This document shows positions 37,701 through 49,000 of a DNA stretch of 64,000 bases, one piece after another; position 1 is the stretch's first letter; every line of letters begins with the position of its first letter. Under the pieces are notes generated by a model. That model was given only the letters and a program-made list of their open reading frames with translations. It had not been told where the DNA came from and searched no databases. The DNA is from Botryllus schlosseri (Eukaryota), in the NCBI GenBank assembly GCA_051294905.1, contig CM119373.1:4652001-4716000 (forward strand), written 5' to 3'. Position numbers and translations under genes: made by a program.

Positions 37701-38587
37701 ATTTCAAACTACTTTCCAATTTTCGTAATCCAAAGGCGTGAAAAAGTAGTTCCACCAAACAAACTATCAAGGATTAGTCTATTATTCTTAATATATAACA
37801 ATTTCAGTTAGTAATACAAAAGTTACTTAAGCTCTTCGCAAAACCAGAAGGACGCCGTTACTGACCACTTATATGTTTTTGAATTTACCCAGTCTAAATG
37901 AACAATCCTTCTGCCACTATCATTTTGATTACAGCATGCGCCATTCCTCGTTTCACCTTTAAGGATGCATACCACCTCGATTACATCCGCTACAGCGGCA
38001 CTGTACCGGATATGGCATCATTTAGTGTATGCTTCTGGATTCGATCTGCCTTATCGTCGTCAGAACAACAGGCCATCGTCAGCTATTGTGTACCTTGTGA
38101 CTCCGACTGCAATACCTTTATGATCTGGTTGCAAAACAAGAACATCAAAGTGTCTTTCAAATCAGCAAGCCATAGTAGCAATTGTGTAGTCGGGAACGGC
38201 AATATTTACCACTATCGTACCCATATGTGCGTCGTTAAATCAGGAACCTCATTGTTTTTGTACACTAACGCATCGTGTCATAAGTGCAAGAATAAAGCTC
38301 CAGCAACATTGAACGGTGGTGGCGTCTTAATCTTGGGTCAGAATTTGGATGGCGGAGAAGGCGAATCTGCACCGGAACCGGAGCATGAAGAGCAAGGATT
38401 TCGCGGTGATATCGGAGGATTTCAACTGTGGAATAAATCTTTCAGCGATGATGAAGTTACTGATGTATATCAGTCTGGGGAATGTGCTTGTCCGGGCGGC
38501 ACGGGACTGATTGTTTCGTTGAATAAGTCAAACTCAGTAGCAAAAAGGAATGCATCAGTCGCCAATTGGAGCGCTACTTGCCCGTGA
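16682..38587 (+). CDS. Gene B: predicted secreted 312-aa protein with signal peptide, Ser/Thr-rich stalk and C-terminal pentraxin domain
   Basis: join(16682-16730,18444-18490,18639-18648,26375-26554,37935-38587) = 939 nt, all GT-AG, in frame to TGA. The first four exons have paralogs in genes C and/or D. Confidence 0.75.
17362..17756. mobile_element. hAT-type MITE (TAGGG family) in gene B intron 1
   Basis: tacggttac ... ggtgacccta; TSD atctaagt/gtctaagt; not seen in the gene D paralogous intron. Confidence 0.8.
18444..18490 (+). CDS. Gene B exon 2 (GHRSSSGCEYHKKLHL)
   Basis: ttcattcag acceptor, ttg|gtaagc donor; paralogs at 45851 and 62279. Confidence 0.8.
18639..18648 (+). CDS. Gene B exon 3, 10-nt micro-exon
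   Basis: ttgcag|GATCTTTCGG|gtgaga; bridges phase 0 to phase 1; present in three paralogs. Confidence 0.75.
19983..21344 (+). mobile_element. hAT-type element with (tttggca) arrays and a transposase remnant
   Basis: TIRs caggccgtgttatttttggca / tgccaaaaataacacgtcctg; perfect TSD cccataaa; inverted sister copy at 27583-28832. Confidence 0.9.
20555..20975 (+). pseudogene. Decayed C-terminal part of a hAT-like transposase
   Basis: Manual translation across stops and frameshifts: LPRTLPCELV...IECVERQHRKLL...FHDVWK...LKTFCG*LATFFPSAATVEADISKIRWARNEFRRNLADLSLEALLQCKRL, resembling a hAT dimerization region. Confidence 0.65.
21629..23149. mobile_element. hAT-type MITE with (caagt/ctcgagt) arrays
   Basis: Ends caacattgggat / atcccaacattg; perfect TSD ctttgtac; uninterrupted copy at 31976-32956. 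Confidence 0.9.
21942..22558. mobile_element. Near-perfect ~600-bp foldback MITE with 3-bp AAT TSD (PIF/Harbinger-like)
   Basis: 21955-~22250 is the reverse complement of ~22260-22558; termini AGGG...CCCT; the empty site in the sister element near 32290 implies TSD aat. Confidence 0.85.
23180..23494. mobile_element. Old hAT-type MITE carried inside its host element (also at 47424-47732)
   Basis: caggggttctcgaact / tttgagaatcactg; TSD tttcagag/tttgagag. Confidence 0.75.
24308..24352 (-). ncRNA. Minimal type-I hammerhead ribozyme motif, intact core
   Basis: Reverse complement reads accc CTGACGA g-tgtcagt-c GAAA atat TC gggt, with a 4-bp stem I. Confidence 0.8.
24395..25685. mobile_element. 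MITE with (agaatt)n arrays inserted in the PLE pLTR; contains a reversed fragment of the (caagt) family at ~24755-25200
   Basis: 17-bp perfect TIRs cagacttggacaactag / ctagttgtccaagtctg; flanks cattgtaata/cattgtata. Confidence 0.85.
26102..26146 (+). ncRNA. Degenerate hammerhead motif (C3 changed to U, stem I disrupted)
   Basis: acta TTGACGA gtgtcagcc GAAA ataa TC gggtt. Confidence 0.6.
26375..26554 (+). CDS. Gene B exon 4 (DANSLEQLTEFLRGQNG plus Ser/Thr-rich stalk)
   Basis: ctacag acceptor, cag|gtaact donor, 180 nt, phase 1-1; N-terminal part homologous to the exon at 58380. Confidence 0.8.
27036..27424. mobile_element. hAT-type MITE (TAGGGTTACCATA family)
   Basis: TIRs tagggttaccata / tatggtaacccta; TSD ctgaacaa/ctaaacga. 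Confidence 0.85.
27583..28832 (-). mobile_element. hAT-type element, inverted sister of 19983-21344
   Basis: TIRs caggccgtgttatttttggca / tgccaaaaataacacggcctg; perfect TSD actatgca. Confidence 0.9.
30456..33802. mobile_element. hAT-type element, level 4, with internal ~200-bp tandem units (~30880-31560)
   Basis: 14-bp TIRs cagtggcggctcgt / acgagccgccactg; perfect TSD gatactag. Confidence 0.9.
31976..32956. mobile_element. hAT-type MITE with (caagt) arrays, level 5
   Basis: TIRs cagtgttgggat / atcccaacactg; perfect TSD tgtcacag. Confidence 0.9.
35914..36844. mobile_element. Intact hAT-type MITE with (gttcac/gttcgc) arrays
   Basis: 16-bp TIRs tagggatggtgtgaac / gttcacaccatcccta; perfect TSD gtaattgc. 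Confidence 0.9.
37935..38587 (+). CDS. Gene B terminal exon, pentraxin domain
   Basis: ttacag acceptor (phase 1); motifs SFSVCFWIRS, AIVSY, HMC, GGGVLILGQNLD, FRGDIGGFQLW; paralog of 3032-3702. Confidence 0.88.
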
Positions 38588-38785
38588 AATTGTTCTACAG
38601 CTGCAATCGATTGTGGACAAGCCGTCGATTAACGAGTATACCTTAACGTTAACATATAACTCAAGTAATGCAAAATTTAGTTGTGCTCTTTTAAAAACTA
38701 GAAGGACACCGTTACTGACCACATATGTTTTTGAATTCATTCAGTCGAAATGAACAATCCTGTGCCATTATCATTTCCATTACAG

Positions 38786-39076
38786 CATGTGCCATCCTTC
38801 GTTTCACCTTTAATGATGCATACCACCTTGATCACATCCGTTACAGAGGCACCGTACCGGATATGGTGTCATTTGGTGTATGCTTCTGGATTCGATCAAA
38901 TTCATCGTCGTCGGAACAACAGGCCATCGTCAGCTATTGTGTACCTGGTAACCACGCCTGCAATACCTTTGTGATCTGGGGTTACAAAACATTCACATCC
39001 AAGTGTCTTTCAAATCGGGGTTACTGTCGCAAAATGAAATGCATCAGTCGCCGATTGGAGCGCCACTTGCCCGTGA
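38786..39076 (+). pseudogene. Decayed tandem duplicate of the gene B pentraxin exon
   Basis: Closely matches 37935-38165, has a 2-nt insertion near 38980, then jumps to the equivalent of ~38540 (about 370 nt deleted); acceptor and flanks are also duplicated (~38640-39135). Confidence 0.85.
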
Positions 39077-39409
39077 AATTATTCTACGACTGTAATCGAT
39101 TGGGGAAAATCAGTCAGTTAACGCGACATTACCTGAAATTGGAACACGAGTAGGCTATACCTTCGTGTTTTCATCCCCTTCAACTTATTGTACCTTTACG
39201 TGAATGCCTGTGCAACGTGTTCCTTATCCTCTGACTTGTGGCATGCCTTGGTTCGATATAATCCTACGACTACACAGGACTGTATTTTTAACCGTGCCCG
39301 AAGACATGAGAAAACTATTGTTATAATATTGCATTCGATATGGCATTGCAGTCAGAGCGGCAGTTTCTAATATTTCTATCACGCTGGGTAGCACCAGTAA
39401 TCTATAGAT

Positions 39410-40237
39410 CAGGGGTGTCAAACTCAACTTACAACCCGAGTTGGATTCAAATTTTCGTATCGGTCGCGGACCGGACCGGTCGAATGATTCCAAAATGTGA
39501 CCTTAAATTTTATGCCCTTTTTTTTCACTTATGTACTTTAATACCAGGTCGATATAAATAAAAGTTTAATTATTATATTTCGGATTGTTCTATTTCGGTT
39601 CTGTTGTAGCTACTACGTTATTTTGAAATATCGGATTTAGAAAAATAGTGTGATTGTCCTGTTAAATACAGTTAAATACAGTGGCTTTAACGACATTAAC
39701 AGTAGGCATATTTATGTGTTTCCTTTGATTTAGTCGTAATCTGGCGTTGATGCTACGTATGCGTTGTGAGGAATACAAGACATCAATTTGTAAATGCGGA
39801 TGTTGGAATTTGGTTCATTGTTATTTAATCGCGATTCAGTTGGGGACCTTTTGAGTCAGGTGATACGGCAGTGCCACCACCGATATTTTATATTTTTGTG
39901 TAACTATTACTGTATCCAACTATCCATGTACCCTGCATACAAGAATTTCGCATGGCATTACGCTCCAATTACCTTATGGTCAATATTTGCATAAAACTCT
40001 TAACTCGGTGTGCACATTCTTGCCTTTTCGGAAATGGGGGTCAATGTCACATACTCGTACTAGAGTGAACCACAACAACTCTGTCGGATGATGATGCCTA
40101 TGAACATGCTCGACATTTGCCGTCTTGAGGGATTATTTGACGAAAGTAATTTTTTTACTATAAATCTCAACATCTACTCAGAATTGCCTCGCGGGTCGGA
40201 TGCGGCGCACGGGCCGTATGTTTGACATGCACCCCTG
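39410..40237. mobile_element. hAT-type MITE related to 10730-11470
   Basis: caggggtgtcaaac / gtttgacatgcacccctg; TSD ctatagat/cgttagat. Confidence 0.8.
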
Positions 40238-40621
40238 CGTTAGATGATCTCATATCGCAGTCTTGAAGCAAATAGCTCAAAAACAAAATGTAACCGATTT
40301 CAAAAGTCGGCTGTGATTGTTCTATTCGCATCTGCGGTTTAGTTGCTATTGAGAACACTGAAGAAAGTCAATAGCTTATATGTATATAATTGTTCACAAA
40401 ATCCAAGGTCTTGACGCTTAAAATAGCAAAGCTGATAATACCTTAAAGAGTTTTGGTTCTCTTACTCACCGGCTGACGGTGTGATCCATTCCGGATCCGA
40501 CCCACAAGACGATACAATCTGGCCCGTGAAGAAATGTTGAATAAATAGATTATTAAGTAATTGATCCGGTCCCTGGAGTGTGTTATATGACACAACCGAA
40601 CTGGAGTATTGCTGTCACGAG

Positions 40622-40769
40622 CACTGTTCCCTCTAATCTGCGCGCGTGCGCAATTGCGCAGTGCTTCCACGGTCTCTACGCACAGAAAAAGCCGAAGTGA
40701 GTAGTCCAAGGTACCGCGCAGTGAGTTGATGAGTGCGCGCCAACTCGTGAAAACTTGGAGGGAACATTG
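40622..40769. mobile_element. Short hAT-type MITE (second copy at 58861-59055)
   Basis: cactgttccctc / gagggaacattg; TSD gtcacgag/gtcgcgag; internal palindrome tgcgcaattgcgca. Confidence 0.8.
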
Positions 40770-41602
40770 GTCGCGAGTATGACTGACTATTCAGTATTGG
40801 TAATTAACTAACTGTTTTATTTACAGCCGGTACAGAGTCTATGACAACTGATTATGCATTTAAACGATTTCATGTCTTAATTTGTGGCACCATTCTCATA
40901 GTCAGTAATAGGCTATACAATGCCCAAATAATTCTCTAACATTATAAACTCATTTTCCCTTTTACCAACTTCGACAAATCCTTATGACCTTTCCTCCAGC
41001 CCTTTGGAACCATACGTCATCAGTATCGAGCTAAATCCAGTTTTTGGGAGTGTACTCAAGTCGCTTTATCTTTTTGTAATGATTTCTCAGATAGTATTAT
41101 GTGTTCATTACTTCGACTTCACCAAATTGACGCCGAAATACTGAATTTTGTATACTTGATCTTGTGAAGACTGGTATAGATGAAGAGAATAGACTATATA
41201 ATTCGTATATCTACGAATATCAAATCTGGCGAGGTAGGAGTTCATACGATCCTAATGTGCTTCGTGGAAATTTGTAGAAGGAAATTTGCATGACACACTG
41301 GACCTTCTTCAGGTGTGATTCTTATACCTCTAATGAGTAAATTAGTAATTTCGATAGATGTAAAGATAATAGCCGCGATACGTCTAGTTTTAGCAGCAGC
41401 TTTTCTGGTACAGCATTTATAAAGCCAATAGCGCGCAAGTCAGTTTCGGTGTTCGCTGAAACCATTATTATATATAATATATTTTCTATAGCTGATGTGG
41501 AATAGTCATGCCGTCTGAAATCACCCCACCATTAGCTGATCACCTGGACTGTGAAAGGATGAAAAGGAAATTGCAATATATGCAATTACCAATATTATAG
41601 AC

Positions 41603-42258
41603 CAGGGACGGGCGAGTTCTCCAGTCGAAGGGCCGGATATGGGAAGACGAAGTAGCCTACTTGGAGGGCCGGATTCCTGAATCGATACATTAAACGCGTA
41701 TTTATGCACTTATACAAATATTAATTGTATTTAATGTGAACATTGAGTATGAAAGCATAGACACCAAAACGGTATTGAATGTATTTAATAACGGAAGTAG
41801 CCTACTTCACTAGCTGTAAAAGTCCATGAGACATCTGTGGTCGATCAAATTTGCGAACAAATTCTTTCAACTCTGGTAGCATGTCGGACACAAAGAAAAC
41901 GAAGAACAAAAGAATAACTTACAATAACTATTATTTGGGTCCGTTCCGCCTCTAATAATGTCACTAGTCAGTCGAAAATTCACTGTGAATCTTTGATCTA
42001 TATTATCTGGATTGATGCAAGGTAGGACAAATGGAAATAAGGCCCTTTCAAACGCAACATAACATGATTGTCACGTGACCAAAAACCAAACAAAAAATAA
42101 AAGCCTATATTAGTCACCATAATTTGAGGTAGGAAATAGTGGGAGATTGCGGTGTAGTGTTGGTAGATTGTGACCGCGGGCCACATTATCAATAAAGACC
42201 GGAGACTGTCGGCGGACCGCTCAAAATCCATTCGTGGGCCGTATGTTGCCCGCCCCTG
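41603..42258. mobile_element. hAT-type MITE
   Basis: cagggacgggc / gcccgcccctg; perfect TSD ttatagac. Confidence 0.85.
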
Positions 42259-43063
42259 TTATAGACAATAATCGATCCTGAATATGAAATTATTTCGAGA
42301 CAACGTATACGTCGCCGCCCCCTTCCCACCCATAATTATGGTTTATGATCCAGTGGGCGGGGCGCTGACGAAATTCTGTTAAGGCCCTGTATATGAATTT
42401 ATAGAGCAGATGTGCAAAGGATGGTATTTTCGTGTGAATCATCAAGAAATATAAAAATAATGGGGGATAACATTATTATAATTAGGCCTATACCCTGATT
42501 ATACGACGGATAAGGGATTGCTGCGCTCAGAACCACTAACTCTACTTTACTTACTGCATTTGGATATATATGCGCATTGATATATTATAGGAGCACTGAG
42601 CAGCTACCCATGTATATTGTACAATGTATATTCATTGTACATCGGGAAAACTTGAAATAGTCTTGATAACATAATCGCCACTGTGCAAGTGCGCATATCG
42701 TTAAATATGAGCTTGTCTGGTCATACTCAGACAGTATAGCAGTCTTTGTCTATTTGCGTGACTGTCCAATCTGATGGCGTCTTACGCATCAACTTCTGTT
42801 TTCAAATTACGAAAAGACAATAGAATAGTTCTCGTGTGATGTTAACTTCCTTGTAATGAAGATGAATTTACAATATCGGTATGTTTTCAATCTTTTCTAA
42901 ATATAGCGCTCTTGAAAACTGAGCTGTATTTGTATGTATCATGCATTATATAGGCATGCAGCAGGAAGGATTCATGCAAATTAGAGGCCAGTTTTGACGC
43001 TGCAGATATAGGGATTGGTACACATTGCCGTCCTGTAGGCCAACATTTGCGATTGGGATTCAG

Positions 43064-46000
43064 ATGATGGATGGAACAATTGAAGGACTCTGCAAATTTG
43101 CAGCTTTAATATTTTGCTCCACAGGTATGTATTTTGTGTTAGCAAAGGTATATTTGAGTGATTTGAAGCAGCCAGGTATTCAGGTTGTTAAGTAAAATCT
43201 ACGTTTATACGGGATAGTTTAGAGCCCTCATATTCGTAATAATGGTCAGGATGCGTGTGTTGATGACGAAACGCGGTTGCATGCACTTCCTTGCACAATG
43301 ATTTAACGGGGCAACCGGCTCTAATATGATGCGGTCTCAAATTTGAGATAAAATCAGGAATAAACTTTTGGCTGCAGCTGAGTCCGGGATGTCGCATCAT
43401 GTCGATGCGAAGTCAGTGACGCATCACATATTGTCCACGCACTACTAAAAGAAGTGGGACTACAAGATGTCGGTGCTCCAGTAATTTCGCAATCGCAACT
43501 AGCCGCCACAACAGCATGCAGATTTACTTTCAAGCTAGAGTAGAATGGCGTGTTTCGGAAAAAGGATATAGCTGCAGTTCCATTGCGATGGCTTTCTGAA
43601 GAAAATGGCGTCGCCCAAAATGCATTCCCGATTTTATCTTTAATTCGAGTTCACGTGATATTCAGAGTGCAGTGACCTTTGAACTGTCATGTACCTTCAC
43701 AGAATTAGGAAGTCTAGCATTCGAATAAATGAGCAACTGTGACTAGGCCTACATATTCAAATTTATTCCAGAAGCTTTTCGGCTGATACTGATCAAGGGA
43801 TACCGTCACCAATAATGCGAGCAATCAAATAACTATGCTCAACAACAATTATTATCGCTAACTATGACGTCATAAGGAGTTAATGGAAAGTTCGAAAAAC
43901 GAGAGTACAGTAGCGCAGGACCGGAGATAGCGAAACAGAACAAGTTAATCCGCAATTTTCAAATGATACACAAATTTTTTCTGTTGGCATAGAATAGGTT
44001 GACTCATAGTGATGATGGTGGACTCAAGAACAGACAAATGAAATAAATGGCGACCATTGTTCAATATACAGAACGTTGCCCCATGATTATTAGCAGCCCA
44101 CGTATGATTTTCTAGTAAATGTATGCGGATGCGGATAGAAGGCTTTTGATCCATGGCCTGGTTGTGTTCGAGAACAAGCAGATTGTTTTGCTGCGATTTC
44201 CAGATAAAAGTTTTGACAGACGGTTGGATGGTTTCTTTGATAAGGCACTGCAACCGTTTGAAAGTTCTCCCTGCGTACCGACAATGGCAGTGGCTCCTGA
44301 ATTCATCAATGACGTTACTTTGTCGTAAAACGGGGAGAACAGCCTTTCGAGTTGCAGCAAACATTGGTATCGTGGTGAAAATAACATTGGCTTCCACCGC
44401 TGGATAACAGCGGTAGACTGCTGAAGTTGAATGTTTCTCAAATCGATCCAAGGAAGATGGATGTACAGTTGTACACATCTCTACTTTCACGAGAAACTTC
44501 TTCGGAAGTTTCGTTAGGTTTCGTATCATACGACTGACGTAACTTATTATTCATTGTCCGCTTGATGACATCCATCTGGGTATCCGTTGTCAGTGAAAAT
44601 TGTGCGGATATACTCAAGTTTACAATTCAAGATATACTCATAATAAGTCGTCAACGCCCGGTGGACCATGCAAGTTGCCGATAAATTGATTTTACGACTT
44701 TGTGGACTAAAAGAGTTCCATCGGAGGTAATGAACTGCCAATGTGGGCCTCCTGTAAGCAGAGGTTAGGAATTGACAGTTCCTTTTCCCCACCAGATTCC
44801 AGAACGTCAAGGAATGCCAGGCGGTTAGTAATTTGAATGCTCGCAAATCGCAATATGGCTGACGCCATCCCCTGATGAGTGTCAGACGACGAGCTTCGGG
44901 AAAAATATGTATATATTATTCAAATGTGTCATAAAGTTCTGTACGACAAAGCGTCTCAATATGTCAGTCGCAATGCCATTAATGACAAAAAAATGCAATT
45001 TCTCGTGTTGAACATTGATTCGATATGGATGAAGGCGACGATGCTGAGCCACATCATTTTAGATGCCGCCATACTGTTTACCTAGGACGTGCTATCTGAC
45101 CAGCTACATGAAAACGCTTCACAAACAGGGTGGCACTGACTAGAGTTGTAAATTGACTTGATGAGCAATTTTTTGATGACTCGTGGTCATTCACATTGTG
45201 TATTGACTCAATTTTCCTTTCCGTTGACGATAAATTTAGTGAAACACTATACCTGCGCAGTTCTGTTGGTGATTAGCATAGAGCAGGGCTGTAATGACCC
45301 GACTCGAGTCAGACTCGAGTCACGATTTACTGATGACTCGACTTGACTCCGGTCATTTTCCCAAAATACGGAAATGAATCAACTCGACTCGAGAAAATGT
45401 GTGTATTGACTCGACTTGGACTCGAGACTCAGACGGCCAAGAGCGACGTTTCATTATAATTTCGAAGAGTAGTAAAGTATAACCACCCTATTGGGAGTTC
45501 GTCTATTGGTAAAGGTACTTGAAAATGCCACCAGAAACTATCATAAGTGAGGAAAATTAGTAGCCTATATTATAATTGTGAATCCTTCGATATCAACAAA
45601 CATACTTATAACTGTGGGTTTAACAAGACATTGTCTGGAAACGGAGCAGTCAACACAACTCGAACCTCTGCTCGCTGACTTGGACTCGGACTTGACTCCT
45701 TGGCGAATTGAAAATGACTTGACTGGACTCGATTCAAAACTAAAAAAAAGTGAAATTGACTTGTGACTCGGAGCCTTGTGACTTGGTTACAACCCTGGTA
45801 CAGAGTACATCATCATGACAAGCTTGATTTGTGACTTCTTTATTTCACAGGTCAGATCGTTATATCAGAAGACCACAAGTATCGCAAAACATTCCACATT
45901 GTACGTATGTTGATTGATGCCGATTGAAAAATCATATACATTCTCAAAGCATGCTGCAAATTTATTAACAAATTTCATTCACCATATTACACTGTCTATT

Positions 46001-49000
46001 TACAACAATGAACAACAACATTGGCTATTTTATTTCCGCTCTAGGATCATTCGGGTGAGAAAAGTTTTGTTTGAAAACTTTCAGAGCAATGTAAGTACAT
46101 TGAACGTTGCGATATTGTTCTTGAACTCGGCCAATATCTTTGGAATCCGCATTGAAAAGAGATTTCCAGCATTCGGAGCTTGGGCCGGATCCTACCCGCT
46201 GGAAGGTTCTATCCGGCCCACGATGCAATGCAGATTAGAAGAAGAAATGGTAGTATTTTCGGCACATCAATATCAAAGCTAAGATTTTTGTTAGGAAATG
46301 CTTACTGGTAAATAACCCCTCCACATATAGCAAACGTCGAAAATATTCAACTGGACCTAAATGACGTAACAAGCATCCTGTGGCAATGTTGCATTCTTAA
46401 CCTTGTTATCATTTGTAAAATGTCTCTGACATAGACGCCAAATTGATGGAAATAGATTAAATATTGCATATTCCTGTATTCTTAGAAAAATGGGCCACAG
46501 GATTGCTATTCGGAGGCACAACGCCAAGGCACAAACCGCACACTAAGTACGGGACTGTGTTCAACAAAATATAAAAATATCCTTATGTTCGTATTCTTGC
46601 ATTAGTCCTGACTAGATAGGTCCGAGCCCTAAAAAGTAATTCGGACGAATTCGATCTATTAAATTCGCGATAGGTTTTATAGCAGGCCTGGGCAAAGTAC
46701 GGCCCGCGAAGCTATTATGTGCGGCCCGCGTGAGGTTGCTTGGAATTCAAAACATAAAACTTGCTTTTTGAATGAGTAAAACCATAGGCTGTATCGAATG
46801 AACAGGCAATTCGTTTACTTTGAAGCCTGTTCATTATTATGCCACGATTACGCTGCCTACGTACCTGGCATGTGTAATCCAGATTTATAATAAAAACAAT
46901 GTGGCAAAGTATGAGTAGCAATTGAAGTCACAAGAAATCACTCTTTCCGTATAATTTAATTCAAACCTTCCTTGTTGACATTGTCACGTTACGCATTACG
47001 GTATGTGTTTCAATTTGTGACGTGATATGTTTCCAAATCCCTAATTCGTGAAGCAAGTCAATCAGTGCTCGCGATTACTATATGACTCATCATATCTATC
47101 ACCCATAAAGGATAAACGGGCATGCCTAAAAAAGAAAGCCGAAAACTGAAATTCAAAGATGGTTTAGGTTAAGAAATTAGAGCACTAAATATTCGCATAA
47201 TGGAGTCGTGGGTCAAGATATCCTTTCAGTTTTTGTCGATCATGTCGCCGACATTAAGGATTTTAATTAAAGTCAGTCTTATGACAAAGGTACCAAACAG
47301 TCGGTCAGGGCTGGAGAAGTTAAAAAAAAATGCAAGCAACATAAAGGCCATTTAAACTGCATACTGCTCGAATGGCAGCGACCAATAAAATATGCTTTGT
47401 ACTATTGCATATACATTTTAGTGCAGTGGTTCTCGAACTGGGATACGTAAAAGCATCAGAAGAGTGACGCGAAGCCGAAGTTAATTGAAATTTTTTTTCG
47501 CGCGATGTGCGATATACAGCCAGATTATAGTTGTTGCTCTGTGTATTGTCCGACTCCGATATTTCACAATTCTATAATCAACAGCTATGATTTTCCATGC
47601 CATCAAACTATCCGTTGGGATTGCTAGCATTCTGGTTGCACTTTTTATCAATTTGTGATAGCATGATAAGTGGGCGCGAAATTATTCACTATCATAAAGG
47701 GAGATGTGCCTAAAAAAGTTTGAGAACCGCTGTTTTAGAGTCTTAATAGAAGAACGTGGATATATGTTTAAAGATACCTAAAAGGTTTTATGTTTAACAT
47801 TGTTTGGAATCATGACAGCTAATAGATATTTTTTTAATTAACCGTCACTTTTTCATTACCTAATATCCACACACTGAGCAGCATTTATTAACAATGTAAT
47901 TTACAAATAAAATTAAAATACGTTGGAGGCTATAGCTATTTTTTTCACTCGGTCTGCCAACGTATTTATTTTTCTCATTTGGCGCGCGGAGGAAAATAAT
48001 TGCCCACCCCTGGTTTATACACTGTAAAAAATAACCGTGGGTTTTGGGGTGGAATAGGAGTGGATAGGAATTATCCACCGTAACGTAGGGGTGTACCTTT
48101 TTGCTCCACCCCGTTTTAGAGTGAAATAGGCGTGGATTGTTGCTCCTACCCCTGCATTACGGTGGATGACATCCTGCCACCCTGGATTAAGCATGGTACG
48201 GCGACCCCACCGCTGATCAATTGAGGAAACAAATATGTTTCCGCTGTGATCATTCCAATCACCTGTGGTGTATAGGCTATGTACGCGCGAGATGCTTGCA
48301 CGGCGTTGATGTCGCGAGATTGAATGCATATGTGCTCAAAGTCTCTGCTGGTGCAAATCAACATATCGGACGGCCGATCTGACAGACATATCATTTATCG
48401 AGAGAGATTCAGTTATTCAGTTTCGTCTGCACCATCGAGGTGCTTTTGGCGACGGAGATGCGACACTAGTCATCTATAGTCAGCACCCCCGCTTTTTTTC
48501 TCCTCCATGCTATCCGTGGATGCTGAGCGTCTAGCAGGATCATCATCATCATCATTGGTTTATTAGCAATTTTATCAGTTCAATACACCACAAAAATGCG
48601 ATACAATGAAAAGACAGGAAGATGTCGAAGCGACAAGGAGTAGTCTATGGAATCTGACACCCACCTTGGCCTAGGCGATGTAAAGAGGAGGCATGCACAC
48701 TAAATGAAGGTAAAGAAGATAGTATAGAAAAAGACTGCGACAAGAAATAGGGCGGCATGTCATGGGAAGCGAGATCGATAGGTCAGTCGTGGTCCGGTAA
48801 TCTTGAGGATGGACTGAGGATAGCGGCGGATACCAGTTTTCGAGTCTTTGGTCTCACACGGCCGGGGATCGAACCCACGACCTACCGATCAAGTTGCCGG
48901 ACGCATAACCATTACGCTATCTTGCTCGGTAAACAGCGGGAGAGCGGGATTGATAGAATATTCATCGGTCAGCCGTGCAAATCAGCACCGTTAAAGAGGA

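Larger units (their letters stand above)
43760..44930 (-). mobile_element. 5'-truncated, decayed Penelope-like retroelement (RT C-terminus and GIY-YIG endonuclease) with inverted pLTRs
   Basis: ORF 44547-44846 has AYRRPT..YLRWNSFSP..RKINL...VHRAL...NGYP; ORF 43945-44529 has SNVIDEFRSHCHCRYAGRT...HLLEN...LSVLES..I...QPILCQQK; 43760-43835 and 44826-44905 form an inverted pair. Confidence 0.85.
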
